A stretch of DNA of 63,586 bases, filler included, from Octopus bimaculoides (taxonomy: Eukaryota), in NCBI RefSeq assembly GCF_001194135.2. It is 10 parts of 10 records of this genome, joined end to end, with 100 filler letters (N's around TTAATTAATTAA, not from the genome) between each part and the next. Parts side by side here need not be neighbours in the genome. Positions count along the whole stretch, not along the records: positions 6,481 to 26,991 come from NC_068997.1; positions 27,092 to 30,659 come from NC_069007.1; positions 30,760 to 47,966 come from NC_068990.1; 7 more parts are not named here. One strand, written 5' to 3'. The position numbers were made by a program, and so were the translations under genes. The notes below the pieces were generated by a model. The model was not told where the DNA came from, searched no databases, and was given only the letters and a program-made list of their open reading frames with translations. This document shows, piece after piece, positions 26,150 through 40,445 of this stretch (position 1 is the stretch's first letter; the number at the start of each line of letters is the position of its first letter).

Positions 26150-26908
26150 TAGAAACATTATAAAATTCTTTAAAAATGCTTATAAATAGCTTATGTAATG
26201 CATTATTTGTTTAGAAAATAAATATAAGATCAAAAAAAATTTGTCAACTTTTATTATATACATTATGAATATTGTTTCCGGTATAAATTAATATTACTAA
26301 GAAATATTACCGGTCTCTGGAACACTGGGGAAAAATACTGCCTGTACGCCACATCAGATAGTTTGAGAAGCACGTGCGTAGGGAGGTTTTTGGTAGGAGG
26401 GTCAATGTCGTAGACCCGATCATCTTCTCTTGGTTTAGCTCATATTCCAAAAATAAAGAAGATTTGAGTGCACTGCATCAAGCGTCTCTTTCACAGGAGA
26501 CAGTACGATAGGTGAGCTAAATGAAATGCTTCAACCTGCAATGGAAACTACATAGAACCAGCAATGGAAAGCATAGAACAAGGTGCTGCATCACCAGCAT
26601 GCTACAGATATAGCTGTTTAGTTAAGAAATTCCTTTGCAACCAAGTCGCTTTATGTTCGATACCACCACGCCGCACCTTAGAATTTGATTGTAAACTCGA
26701 AAGGAACAAGGATTTAAGAATGAAATTTATGTACTGAAGCCAGGCAGATGAACAACCCCAGTTCTTCGGTTGCAATTTTAATATATTATTTTGTTTAAAC
26801 TAATACCTACCGTTGAGTAGATTTAACATAGCACACTTTTATGCAAGCACACAAGGCCAGTTCCTCAATTTGAAGATGTCTTCTTTTCTTTTCCTAATTT
26901 GTTTCAAG

Positions 26909-26992
26909 CAGTGGTTCTTAATCGGGGTCCACATGGCACTTAGGGGGTTTGTACAAAATTTTCCTGTTAAAATTTATGTGCAATAAATTGGN
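26909..26992. mobile_element. hAT-like MITE left end
   Basis: Starts CAGTGGTTCTTAA, typical of hAT/Charlie ends; truncated by a gap. Confidence 0.4.
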
Positions 26993-27091
26993 NNNNNNNN
27001 NNNNNNNNNNNNNNNNNNNNNNNNNNNNNNNNNNNTTAATTAATTAANNNNNNNNNNNNNNNNNNNNNNNNNNNNNNNNNNNNNNNNNNNN

Positions 27092-27163
<72 letters not shown>

Positions 27164-28349
27164 TTATATGTTTTATGTACATCAATATATCTATGAATCA
27201 AGTAATGTATATTTGTGTGTGTATACATACATATACATACACATACGTATAAATATTTATACATACATGGATACGTATATTTGTGTGCGCGTATACTCCT
27301 TCTGTAATCAATTCGATTAATTTTTTTTTTCCAATATAATATTGACGAATTGAAACGGTTAAATATTATCAATTTGAATATTTAAATTTCGGAAAAAAGC
27401 ATATTATATTAAAAAAGTTTTAGACAGATGATGCAGTAATGACGAAATATATGTATGTATGAATATATATGTGTATATACACACGCATACACACACACAG
27501 ACAAATATATATGTACATGTGTATATATATATATATATATATACATTCATGTTTGTGTGTGTAATTGTATCTGCATGTATAAATGTATTTATGCAGCCTT
27601 ATTACCATATAAACACTCACGCACAACTATAAATACCCATATTCCAATTTGCACAGTTATACCCAGACGTGTGCGTATGTATATATACATATATATGTGT
27701 GTGTGTGTATACGATATACATATAAGTGTATGCGTGTTTGCATGTGTGTATATATGTATGTGTGTACATGCATACGCAGAGATCCGCATTAGAGTATGTG
27801 TGTTCATGTTATTGTACATATATGTGTATTGATATGGGAGTGAAGCATATACATACATATTCATACTTATATATACACACAGAAACACACGCAATCACAT
27901 GTATGCATGCATGTGCTTGTACATCCATCCATCCGTCCATATATATATATATATATATATANNNNNNNNNNNNNNNNNNNNNNNNNNNNNNNNNNNNNNN
28001 NNNNNNNNNNNNNNNNNNNNNNNNNNNNNNNNNNNNNNNNNNNNNNNNNNNNNNNNNNNNNNNNNNNNNNNNNNNNNNNNNNNNNNNNNNNNNNNNNNNN
28101 NNNNNNNNNNNNNNNNNNNNNNNNNNNNNNNNNNNNNNNNNNNNNNNNNNNNNNNNNNNNNNNNNNNNNNNNNNNNNNNNNNNNNNNNNNNNNNNNNNNN
28201 NNNNNNNNNNNNNNNNNNNNNNNNNNNNNNNNNNNNNNNNNNNNNNNNNNNNNNNNNNNNNNNNNNNNNNNNNNNNNNNNNNNNNNNNNNNNNNNNNNNN
28301 NNNNNNNNNNNNNNNNNNNNNNNNNNNNNNNNNNNNNNNNNNNNNNNNN

Positions 28350-28385
<36 letters not shown>

Positions 28386-29053
28386 CATACATACTGATAT
28401 GCATGTATTAATGTATGTAAATATATTCTGAGTGTTTGAATATGTGCTTCTTGCTGTTTGTGTATCGATGTAAGCAAATACGAACACAGTACAAGAACGA
28501 ATGCATATGCAGATGTATGCATGTGTCTAAATACGTATGCGAGTATGAGCGCGTATATGTGTATACATATGTACGTGTATGCTTCTGTATATATCTATAC
28601 ATGTGTGTATACGTGTGTGAGTGTATGAATATGTTCCTATGTGTTTCTGTACACACCTCTATCTGTGTATGTGAGTGAGAGAGAGTTTTACGTGATGTTT
28701 GTACGATCTGTGTCTTTTATCACAATCCACCATCTTGCAATTTCTTTCCGTTTGATCTCCCAATATTTGTTAAACAACCTCATTTCCTCTCATCTTCTCT
28801 TCTTCCTCTCTTTCTTTCTTTCTTCCTTTCATTTCAGTCTTTATCGGACGTTTGTTGTTTGTTTTTTTGTTTTTGTTTGGTTGTGTGTGTATTCTGTTTT
28901 TTTTTGTTTTTTTTTTCAGGTCTTCTTGGTTATTCTTTTCTTATCAAGATGTCTGCTTAAAATAATAAAAAATAATATAGATATGACAATACAATCAAAA
29001 TAACAGTAACATTATCAACAATTTTTACAACTGCTATTAATACCAATGTTAAT

Positions 29054-29106
<53 letters not shown>

Positions 29107-29204
29107 TCATTACTACTACTGCTGCTGCTGCTACTATTGCTGACGTTCCTGCTCTGTATGCTTCTTCTGAGAGTACAGATGATAACGTTTAATAATTGTA
29201 ATTG

Positions 29205-29640
29205 AAGGCGGTGAGCTGGCAGAAACGTTAGCACACCGGATGAAATGCTTAGCAGTGTTTTGTCTGGCGTTACATTCTGAGTTCAAATTCCACCAAGGTC
29301 GATTTTGCCCTTCATCCTTTCGGGGTCGATAAATTAAGTACCAGTTACGCATTGTGGTCGATGTAATCGACTAAATCCCATTGTCTGTCCTTGTTTGTCC
29401 CCTCTATGTTTAGCCCCTTGTGGGCAATAAAGAACTAAGAAACGTTAGCAGACCGGGCGAAATGCTTAGCGGTATTTCGTCCGTCTTTACGTTCTGGGTT
29501 CAAATTCTGCTGAAGTCGATTTTGCATTTCGTCCTTTCGGGGGTCGATAAATTGAGTACTAGTTGCATACTGGGGTCGATCTATTTCACTGGGTCCCCAC
29601 TCCAAAATTTCGAGCCTTGTGTCTGGAGTAGAAAAGAATT
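29205..29640 (+). mobile_element. SINE family A dimer
   Basis: Same two-monomer junction as 13207-13610. Confidence 0.9.
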
Positions 29641-30316
29641 ATTATAATGAAAATATGCGACATGCACAACAATGACAGCAAAAACAAATATTAATACAAC
29701 AACAATGATAATCTTTTCAACTATATGTACAACACGGCTTGAAATTTTGCGGATGGTACAGGTGGACCCCAGTGTTTACAGAAATTTAAGCGTATAGTAT
29801 GAACAAGAGCAACTAGCGTCCACATGTTGATGGAATGATATCATCAGTTTTTAAGTTACAATTTTATAACAGGCAGGTTGCTCTCGTTCATACTTTACGT
29901 TTAAATTTCTGTAATTTTGAATTCTTATCACTTCTTATTTTGAACTTGAGAAGGACAGACGTGCTGTTGAAATATCGTTCAACTAATAAAAGATCTTACA
30001 ATCGAATCGCGCTCTTCGTCTTGACTGGTACTCTATTTTCTTGGCCTCAGACGGATGAAAATCTTGTTCATATTTTATTTCTATGCACAAGGAACCAGAA
30101 GGAATGGTGTTAGTAATTTTTTTTGACGCTTGAACAAACCCGACAGTTTATCGACCTTAACAACAAAAAAAAAAGAAGAAAATAATAACGAGAACTAAAG
30201 AGAATTTCTCCCAAAATAACAATAAAAATAAAAACGAAAATAATAATTATAATAATGATTATAATGAAGACAATAATGATGACGATGACGATGACAACGA
30301 GGATGATAAGGGTGAC

Positions 30317-30358
<42 letters not shown>

Positions 30359-30523
30359 AATCTGAGTTATCGAGTTAGCCATAACTGCTGCAAAAGTGAT
30401 CATATCTGGAACAACAGCGAAAAACAATGTCGACCAAGAAAAAAATATTTAATGCTGGCAGGCATTCATACGGCAACAGTAACAAGAAGAAGATAAGACG
30501 AAGAAGGAGGAGAAGAGGAAGAG

Positions 30524-30555
<32 letters not shown>

Positions 30556-30759
30556 AGAAGAAGAAGAGAACGTATTTTACTTCAATGTGATGAGTGATCA
30601 ATGTTTTACATGTATATATAGAAATACGCACACATACGTAAATATACACACATATATATNNNNNNNNNNNNNNNNNNNNNNNNNNNNNNNNNNNNNNNNN
30701 NNNTTAATTAATTAANNNNNNNNNNNNNNNNNNNNNNNNNNNNNNNNNNNNNNNNNNNN

Positions 30760-30812
<53 letters not shown>

Positions 30813-31569
30813 TATGATGTACATACATACATACATACATACATAGTTGGGTACACTCATACACACAGTTTTATATATTCATACATCCTCTTTTCCTTCT
30901 GAGCCTGTTTTTCTTACCGATCTCCAACCTCTACTATTAAACAGACTTGATCTGATTTTTATATCAACCACCCCTACACCACTCCATATAGACATACAAC
31001 CTTAATATTCTACTCTGTGTGTGTGTATGTGTGTGTGTGTATGTGTGTGTGGGATATAATGGTTTGTAAATATGATGATTAATGGTTATATTGGGCCATT
31101 ATCAACTTTCTCTTTGTTATGATTTATATTTTTGGGGAAATTAGTGTTTGGCGAGATGAAGAATATTTGCATTATCCCATTCTGCTTTGCGTATACATAT
31201 ACATTCAAACACACACACACACATACATACGTACATATACATACATACATATGTCTACTAGTCCTGTGAAACTAGAAAGGGGAGTTAAGTGCTATTGTGG
31301 GTTTTAATATCCTGTTTCCTGGTGGAAACAATACCAGCAAATAGAAGATTTATCATATATTATTAATGTGACATTTAAGCTATTTAGTTTTAGGCAAGAA
31401 TTATAATGGACAATGATAGAAATTAATTTTTCTAAAACTGTAAATTTTTAGTTTAGTTTTCAAGTTGAGGGTCTTTGGTTAGAGAGTTCTTACACAAAAC
31501 CTACTACAGAAATTCAGTATTGATTTTTCTATGTTGAGTGAAGAAGTTAAGTTACTATGGTGACAGTTT

Positions 31570-31615
<46 letters not shown>

Positions 31616-34429
31616 CTGGATGGGTGATTGTAGCTTATTTGGAATACATGTGTGCGAAGATTGAGTATTGGATATGGAGGCAATGAAGAGAGAAGTGACA
31701 AGGAAGAATATAAGAATAGCATTACTAATAAAGAGCTTCCACAGATAGTAGTTATAATAAAGCTTTCCAATATTGGTCGTTGTGTGTGCTAGCTATCAAT
31801 GCAGTAAGCTCCACATACTTGGAAAGAGGGTGGGGGAGGAACCACTATGTGCTTCTTCATCGTCATTGCTTTCATCATCATCACCACCACATTTATTGTA
31901 TTTATTATTGTCTCTTTCATCCCCAATTCCTACTTTCTTCTCTCTTGCACACTAATTATCTTCTTAAGTAGTTGATGTCACTTTTTACTGGCTTACACTG
32001 TACCTAATTTTTTTTTTCTGTCTTTTTTATATCATTCATTTTTTCTCTTTCTGTTTTTTTTTTTTCTTTTTATGTTGGAGCTGGGTGGTATCATCATGTG
32101 GTATTTAATTTTATTTCATACATTGATACCCTTTTATCATATAGAAATGAAATCAAAGATGGAGTCCAAATAAACAGAATTATCATCTTCTCTTGTTTTT
32201 AAGTAAATAGGTAGATAAGTAGCTATATTGATAGACTACAGACAGTAAATACTGGGGGGTTGTTTGTTGAAGAAAAATAGAAATTATTTACTTTTTAATT
32301 TTCAGTTTTGAAATGAATTCTTCTAAGAGTAATGAAGTAAGATGAGTATATGCTTGTATATAACCAGTTCTGTTTCTTCAACGATAGATAAATATTAAGG
32401 CATTGATTGATTGATCTCATAGTTGTATGTTACTACTATTTAGTTTTGGTGAATACTTAATCCTATTTTCAGAAGTGTGTTATAATAAAATATTCAAAGT
32501 GATTATAGTGGAAACCAATAGATTCTTAAAATTATACATTTCTACTAGCTTTATTTATATACCTCATGTTGTTGTAAATAAATGATCATTGCCAAGTTTT
32601 CTCTGGGAATTCTAGCTGTGTGTATAGATAGTGCTACTAAAATTGCTTTAACTTCATCAATTTGAGCAGGGAGGTATTTTGGTTGAAATGCACTCCATGG
32701 AAGCAGCATCAAAATAAATTATCTGTGAATACATTATCCAATGTAGATGTTGTATGTTGTAGTATTGTACATTGATTTTTTTTTATTAATATATTATCTA
32801 GGGATATATGCGTTTTATATATTGTTTCTATAGGAAAAAAATTGTTTTAATTTTTCTATCTATATTTGCTTGTTTATTTTTTTTTTCCAAATTAAAGATA
32901 GATATTGTTTTATTAAACGGCTTCCTTTACTTGGGAAATAGTAATTAATGCAATATCTAATTAGAAGCAGTTTGTTATTGGCTAATCAGAATTGATATTA
33001 TTTCACAATTTTAGCAAAAATTGTATGTAAATTCTACGTTATTGCATTCTAAAGGATTATTTTTTCATCCCCTTTATTAAGGAGTACAAAATTAAAAATT
33101 GATCTTCATTGAATTGATAATTTAATAATGAAATTAGTTAACAAACAGAATAAAGATTTATTTGTTAAAATAAACCCTAGAATTATTGAAATTTTATTCT
33201 TAGGGAATTTTATTTTAGAAAACTCATCATTATCATATTTATTTTATAATTAATTTACATAATCACTTGGTGCACATTTTATTTTTTCTATTAAACTGGC
33301 AAGTAAATTAAGTTTTTGGTTTCAACTTTTCTGTTCATTATTAAACTGTTTTGTTTAATTTTTGTCCTTTTTGTAGTAAACTATATTATTCTGTACCATG
33401 TCAGACCAAAATGATCAAACTGATGATAGAAACCATTGAAAGTAGGATCAGTTTTATGGGAATTTTGTTTTATGTTGTTCCCATCATCATTATCATAACA
33501 TCCATTTTCCTTAGCTGTTGTGGATAAGCCAACAAACTGCATTTCAAAATTCTTACCTTTTTGTTGAAGTATGAGGTAATAGCAACCTGTTTTCGTATGT
33601 TAACATATGACCTTCTTATGGCATAGATTATATGAAATTGCATGTGAGCAATCCAGAAACTTCCAAGTGATATCTGTTAACTTATGGAGATTTCTGAAAT
33701 AAAGCAAAATGCAACCATTTAAATGGAAAGTGTTAACGTTTAAAGGCAATACATGTTGAAAGTTTTAGTAAATCAAACTGAAAAAAATAGACGGACTAAA
33801 AATAAACACATTTTAATTTTAACATTAGTATTCAAATTAGATACTGATTTATTACTTAGAAAAATCTCATGTGAGGTATAAAGTTTAATCCCAAATTAAT
33901 CTAAATTTCTGGCTAAAATGTTTTCTGTTTTTTGTTTTGCATTCTCTTAGTTGTATCTTCAATGTAGTCTTAGGCATAATCAATTTAGCACTGTAGTATA
34001 ACAGAAATGGTCCCTCATTGTTCATGTGCAGTTCATCCAACAAATTTCTTCATGGTTCCACAAATCTTGGCTCAAAAAGACCAATTTTTATATCTAATAA
34101 TCATCTTATCGTTCCCATTTTTAACAGCTGAAAAATGAAGTGAAGTGAAGGATCCTTCAAACATTCATTTGCTGTTCATCATGATCATATTTGTGCATAT
34201 TTGTGTGCGTGTGCACATACCTTCATTACAGACCACTCTGTTGCAAGCGCTCAGATCAGGTCTCCTCCTCTCTTCTTCCTTGTAGACCCAGAGGCATGTA
34301 GAATGTACTACTTTTATTAAATATTGATTTTTAATATAGTCACAAGATTTGATGTTTTGGGGTATAGTCTGTTCTCCACTAGTTGTTTGGTTTGTATTTT
34401 ATGAAAGAATTGAATTGAATAGAAACTCT

Positions 34430-34680
34430 TGATGATTGAAGTCAGGAAAGAGAAGAAATCTCTGAGGCAAGTGAATAAGGAAAGGCACCACTGAAACTTT
34501 TTTAAAATGGTATTAAGAAGTGCCTCTGCTAGCTGGTGCTGATTGAGAGGAGGAGGGGAAGAAGATGGCTCAAATAGCTAAGCCAAAGGAATTTATTGAA
34601 AATCCTTTTAAGTTTGTGAAAGGTTTCTTTCAGGAGAGCAGAAATGCAGGCAGAGATGAATGGTTAAGATATTCGCTTTG
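34430..34680 (+). mobile_element. Decayed RLE LINE (HERO/R2-like) ORF fragment upstream of the RT
   Basis: Frameshifted translation VRKEKKSLRQ.. ERRR.. KEFIENPFKFVKGFF resembles the RKExxxLRKQW..RAE..RRR..F..NPFxFxKxL segment of that clade. Recognised by pattern, not aligned. Confidence 0.45.
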
Positions 34681-35651
34681 CACAAATACTAAGCATTATA
34701 TTCCACTTTTGCTTCAGGTTAACCAATGCCTTATGACTGAAATTTTGTAGATGGGAACTGTGTGGAAGCCCATTGTGTATATGTATGTGTATATTTATGA
34801 CATAATGATGCACTTTTCTATCAATTTTGATGTATGATCATCCAGTTGTTCATATCAGCAGAACAACCGATGTATTAAATCAGTGTTTGAACTGGGTGTA
34901 TATTCCATAGATATGTGTAGCCTTAATTTAATTCTTAAGTAGAATCAGCACAGGATCAGACCGTTGAATTACAGGTACAATCCACCTGACCAGTTTCTAC
35001 AGCTTCTGTCTTCCCTTTTTCACTCACAAGGCTTGGGTTGTCTGAAAGCCATGTTAAAGATAAGTGACCAATATGTCATGCACTGGTATCAAAGCTAGGA
35101 CCTTATGATTCTAAATCGTGCTTTGAACTATTGAGACACGCCTGCCCCTGCCACACTCACTGTATGGTGATTAGTGAGTAAGATGACTTCTCCAGTGTTG
35201 GTGCCATGAAAAATGCACCTAGTACATATGGAAAGTGGTTGGCAAATAAGCAGAGAAAACATAGGTTTGTGAAGTCCCTTTTGTCCTGACTTTCCATGAA
35301 TTATTAGTGCCAGAAGGAAATGCACCCAGTACACTCCGTAGAGTTGTTAGCAGTAAAACAGGATCCAGTCTTTGAAACCAGGTCAAAAAATAATAGAGGC
35401 ATGTACCAGTGTATGGTATCGGTGTATGGGAGCAGAGAAAAGCTGGTGTAAAATAATGATTGACATGATACTGATGTGTGAATGTTTGCTTGTGCTTACC
35501 TGTGTACTCTAAATACTTAGTAGTAATTACTTTACTAAATAGAGTGTAACCCTGGTGGAGTTAGACATTCAATTAATAGAGATTAATACAATGACTACAC
35601 CATATACTAGAATCAGAATAATTGATAAAATCTTTGTGTGTACATTGAAAG

Positions 35652-35694
<43 letters not shown>

Positions 35695-35696
<2 letters not shown>

Positions 35697-35843
35697 TCAT
35701 CATCGTTAAACGTCTGCTTTCCATGCTAGCATGGGTTGGACGATTTGACTGAGGACTGGTGAAACCGGATGGCAACACCAGGCTCCAATCTGATTTGGCA
35801 GAGTTTCTACAGCTGGATGCCCTTCCTAACGCCAACCACTCAG
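35695..35843 (-). mobile_element. SINE family C 3' part (gttggcgttaggaagggcatccagc.. tail ggacgttaaac(gat)n)
   Basis: Near-identical to 50690-50888 and 60590-60757. Confidence 0.85.
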
Positions 35844-36018
35844 AATACAAAGGCATAGAAAATTGAAGTTTGCTCTGTTAATATATAAATATCCATATAA
35901 TGTGTGTGTGTGTAAACACTATACTGCAGATATCTTTCAGGTCATATCTTATGTCCAGAATCATATTTTCTTTTAGAAAACCCAAATAAATTGCTACAGC
36001 TGGCCATTTTTCAGACAC

Positions 36019-36118
36019 ATAATAATAATTGTAATCATTGGTTTATAATAATAATTGTAATCATTGGTTTATAATAATAATTGTAATCATTGGTTTATAA
36101 TAATAATTGTAATCATTA
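36019..36118. repeat. Perfect 26-bp minisatellite, ~3.8 copies
   Basis: Unit ataataataattgtaatcattggttt starts at 36019, 36045, 36071 and 36097 (partial). Confidence 0.95.
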
Positions 36119-36119
36119 G

Positions 36120-36490
36120 CATTTCCCTTTCCATAGTTGCGTGGGCCAGATGATATTTGTTTGGGGGAGAATTTCTGTAGTTTGATTTTCTTCCTGTTGC
36201 CTATTCTCACTTCTTTCCAAGCACAGAAGTATTTTCCCCTTGTTCAGATATATTTTTTATAGCATATTGCAAGCAAATATCACCACCTGTATGACGGTGA
36301 ATATTGTTTATATCTAGTACATGATGACAAGGCAAGGAAACAAACACACATACATATACCTATATATGCCAGGCTTCTGTTCAGTTTCTCTCTACCAAAT
36401 ACTCTTAAAAAGCTTTGATTGACTTGTGACTATAGTAGAAAGCCTGTGTCTAAAGCTGAAATTTCATTGTTGCAAAGCAACACGCCCATG
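36120..36490 (-). mobile_element. SINE family E (B-type head with C-type tail), old copy
   Basis: Collinear with 40060-40445 and 50030-50290. Confidence 0.55.
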
Positions 36491-37087
36491 CTTGCACCTA
36501 CTTTTGAATATTCATAGGCACATCTTAAAAGGAATGCATTGTTAGCTCAGTCTATTTCTAGTCATACACAACTGTATTATTATTTTTTTTTTTTTCTAAC
36601 GAAGCATTTGTGCATAAAAAACTTTTCTTCTCAGAATATAAAATTGCTGACTCGTCGTCAGATTTGTTTTTTCCGTTTTTCTTTACTCTGTATAACTGTC
36701 ACACAAAACAATGATTAGTTTATGGAAGGTACTCGGTGAGTTTTTCAAGATTACTGCACAAACGTGTTTACCATTTAAGACTAAACTTGTAAACAGCAGG
36801 TTGTGTTCACTTAGTCATTGTTAGTCATATCTTGTTCCACCTTCAAAACCACCAGTAGTCACAGTCAAAACTGACTGCGATATTGTCATGACAACTGGAA
36901 TGTTCTGCACTGATAAAGTCTTCCTTGCTTTACTATGGAAATTGTCTATTCAACTCTAGTCTAAACACTCAGTTGGTTATGAATAAATCTTATTTTTGTC
37001 TGTTTGTCTGTCTGTCTGTCTCCTCTCTCTCTCTGTCCCTTCTCTCTCTCTCTTTTCTCTCTCTCTCCCTTCTCTCTCTCCCCACTA

Positions 37088-37132
<45 letters not shown>

Positions 37133-40059
37133 NNNNNNNNNNNNNNNNNNNNNNNNNNNNNNNNNNNNNNNNNNNNNNNNNNNNNNNNNNNNNNNNNNNN
37201 NNNNNNNNNNNNNNNNNNNNNNNNNNNNNNNNTATATATATATATATATGGATAAATATCACCTTGCAAATGGGTGAGAGTTGGAGACAGAGGGCATCTG
37301 TTTGTAGAAAATTTGCCTCGAACATATTCTGTCTGCCTTGTGTGAGCATAGAAAAGTGAGCTGTAAAATACTTAATATATATATCTACATATACATACCT
37401 ATAGACATTTATATACACACGCACATACATAGCTTATATAGGTTTGGTTATACAAGTAGGAAAAATAGAACTCAAACCACAACTTTTTTTTGTTTTTAAA
37501 TTTTGATAGGTGAAACAAAGGAACAAAGTGACTCAAGGGCTGAGAGTTTCATGTGTGGCACCTATATATACACACAGACCTATATATACATGCATAGATG
37601 TTTGATATTGACCAGCTTACAATATTTTTTAAAATAATGATATTTAAAAATGCTTCAAGTTCTTTCTGTGTATGTATATGCATGTGTGTGTGCTTGTGTG
37701 CATATATGTGATAGATAGATAGATAGATAGATAGATACACTATACACACACACACAGTGCAAAACAAGGTGAGTTAAAGAATAATGTATGAGTTGTAGAA
37801 ATTAAGGATAGATAGTATTATATATTATTAAAAAAGAATTCTAGTGTTGTAGATTGACAGAATCATTAATCGTAATATTAATTTGTTATGCCTTTTTATG
37901 TTTACCAAATCTCAGTATGGCTTCCACCTCTCTGTGGTCAAGAAAATAAAAATAACTCTCATCAACTGTGCTTCTTTAAGCCAGTGATATCCCATCCCTC
38001 AAAGAATGTGAGATGAAATTGACTGGTTTTTTTTTTAAATATCTTTTTAGTTTTAGAAGTGTCATTTTGGTGATACTGTCTTTTATGATAACCTAGGAAC
38101 ACAAATAGCAGATTATGGTTTGTTGTTTTTTGTAAAGTGTTAATGTTCAAACACTGAACACTATTGTTGCTACTCTATTATTGTATCCTTAGCTAAGATG
38201 TCATTATATTTAACTAGTTTCACTTTCAAGTCAGTCTCTATAAGTTCAAGTGACAATTAGATAAGATAAATGTTAGAAAAGCAGAAAAGCTTATACATTG
38301 GTATTAAGTAATATCTTGTGTGAGCTTGCTACCCTGGTTGTTTAATTGGAATAATTATAAAACAGTATTTGATAGAAAGATATGGCCAGTGGTTGGCATT
38401 CAATTTCCAGAACAAGATTTATGCAAATTACTTCAAATTTGTTAGCTCAGTAAAATGGGTTTAAGCCATAAAATATATTAAACAGTGAAATACTTTCAAG
38501 AATATTCAGTGATTTGTGTTTTCCTTAAAAGAATTGAAATCTTTTAGAAATAAATTTAAATAGAAATGTGTTGCAATTACTGCTTGTTAATGACACTTTC
38601 CACATAAAAATGGAGCTGATGGTTTATTTAATGGTAATTTGGCATCAGGGGAGGTAAATCACTATTTCTTTTCTATTGCATTTTGAGAATACTTAAGTTT
38701 TATTACTCACTCCTGCTACTGCTACTTGGATGACGACCATGACGGCGTCATTGATTTTTTTTTTTTTACAAATACCTCCATACCCCACCCCTCCCTTGCA
38801 CTCACACACTGTACGGATGTCATTTCAGATATTTTGAAATTTGATGGTTTCTTCTGATAAATATTAACTTTCTCATCTCTTTCAGCTATAATTGTTTTGC
38901 TTTAGATTACTCTCTCTCTCTCTCTTTCTCTCTAAAATAAATGTTCAGTACTAATCATATGGCTCGTAAGCTATACAATAGCTTTGGGGATTTTCTGGTT
39001 TTCTAACATCTATCTAATTTTCTATTGAATTTTTAAGAATTAAGTTGCCAGGCATATTCAGCATTTACTAAATACATTCTATCTCCACTGAATATATTTT
39101 GCCACTTATAATATATATATATATATTATATTGATGTCATCATGTTCTCCCTCCTCCCTCACACCTGTCATGAACAATATTTTCATTATGATACTGACTA
39201 TTATCACAGTATAGATGAAGAAATCTGATAGATTCAAGATTTTTATAACCATATTTCACATTTAAAAAAGAAGAGCTTTGATTAATTTGAAAAATAATGA
39301 GAACTTGGAGTGATTTAGAATAGTAATGCTAACTTATTTATATGTATGTTAAGCTTGTGCATATAACATAACAAAAGGTTTTCTCCTAAAATTATGAAGG
39401 AAAACTTAAAATCTAGGTTTTGTGTCAAAACCAGAAACAATTTTGAGCAGTTTAATATCAAAATAGTTGTGTGGAAGATGGAAAAGAGAGCAGCAAAATG
39501 AGTGATATTTAATTACGACTGATTCGATCTGAAAGGATAGTCTGACAGGATTCAGGATTTATACTTTACTGCTTGTTGCATTACATATTAACATTGCACA
39601 CTTAGTATTCCGATAGTGTGAACATTCTTAGATTTGATTTACTAGTATCTTTATGAATTCATCTGCAATTGTAGCTGATCGATAAGTAGGATAAGGAAAA
39701 AGCTTACACTGCAAGGGAGTTAATTCTGCTTAAACGGTTAATTTTCTATACTGTATCAAATATCTGTTGAATCTTTTTTACATATATATTGTCCAATTGC
39801 TATCACAGCTATGTTCACTTACATTTATTTCAATTTAAACTCCTTCTTTCAGTTCTTAAAATTTCTCTGGTCGTGAGATCCATGTCAGTGGATTATGTTA
39901 ACACTCAAATATATTGATTTGGTATTCCTGACTTGGGCTAAAGGAACGAGTTGTGTCTGGAAGCATAGCCTTAATGAATGAATGCTAATTTATTTAATTT
40001 CTGATATTTATATTGAATGTATTCTTAAGGTTTGTGATTATCATTGTTGTCATTTTCAC

Positions 40060-40445
40060 ATTCGCTTTTTCAAAATTGCATGGGTTAGACAGGATTTGTT
40101 AAGACAGAATTTCTATAGCCAGATGCCCTTCCTGTTGTCAACTTACTCCTGTTTTCAAGCAAGGTATTATTTCCCAGGGCTGGACATGTTTTCCACAGAA
40201 ATGAACAACATCACTTCTGTAATAGTGATGCTCATTCACAACCATAACAAGATTTTTAAAAAGGGTAAACAAACACATTCATATGACAAGCTTCATTCAG
40301 TTTCTGTTTACCAAATCCACTCAAAAGGCTTTGGCTGGCACGAGGCTATAGAAGAAGACACTTGCTCAAAGTGCCACAAAGGTGAATTGAACCCAAGACC
40401 ACATGGCTGGAAAGCAAGCTTCTTAACCACACAGCCACATCTGCA
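40060..40445 (-). mobile_element. SINE family E
   Basis: 40285-40445 matches the family B head; 40060-40120 carries the gatgcccttcctg C-type motif. Confidence 0.75.
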
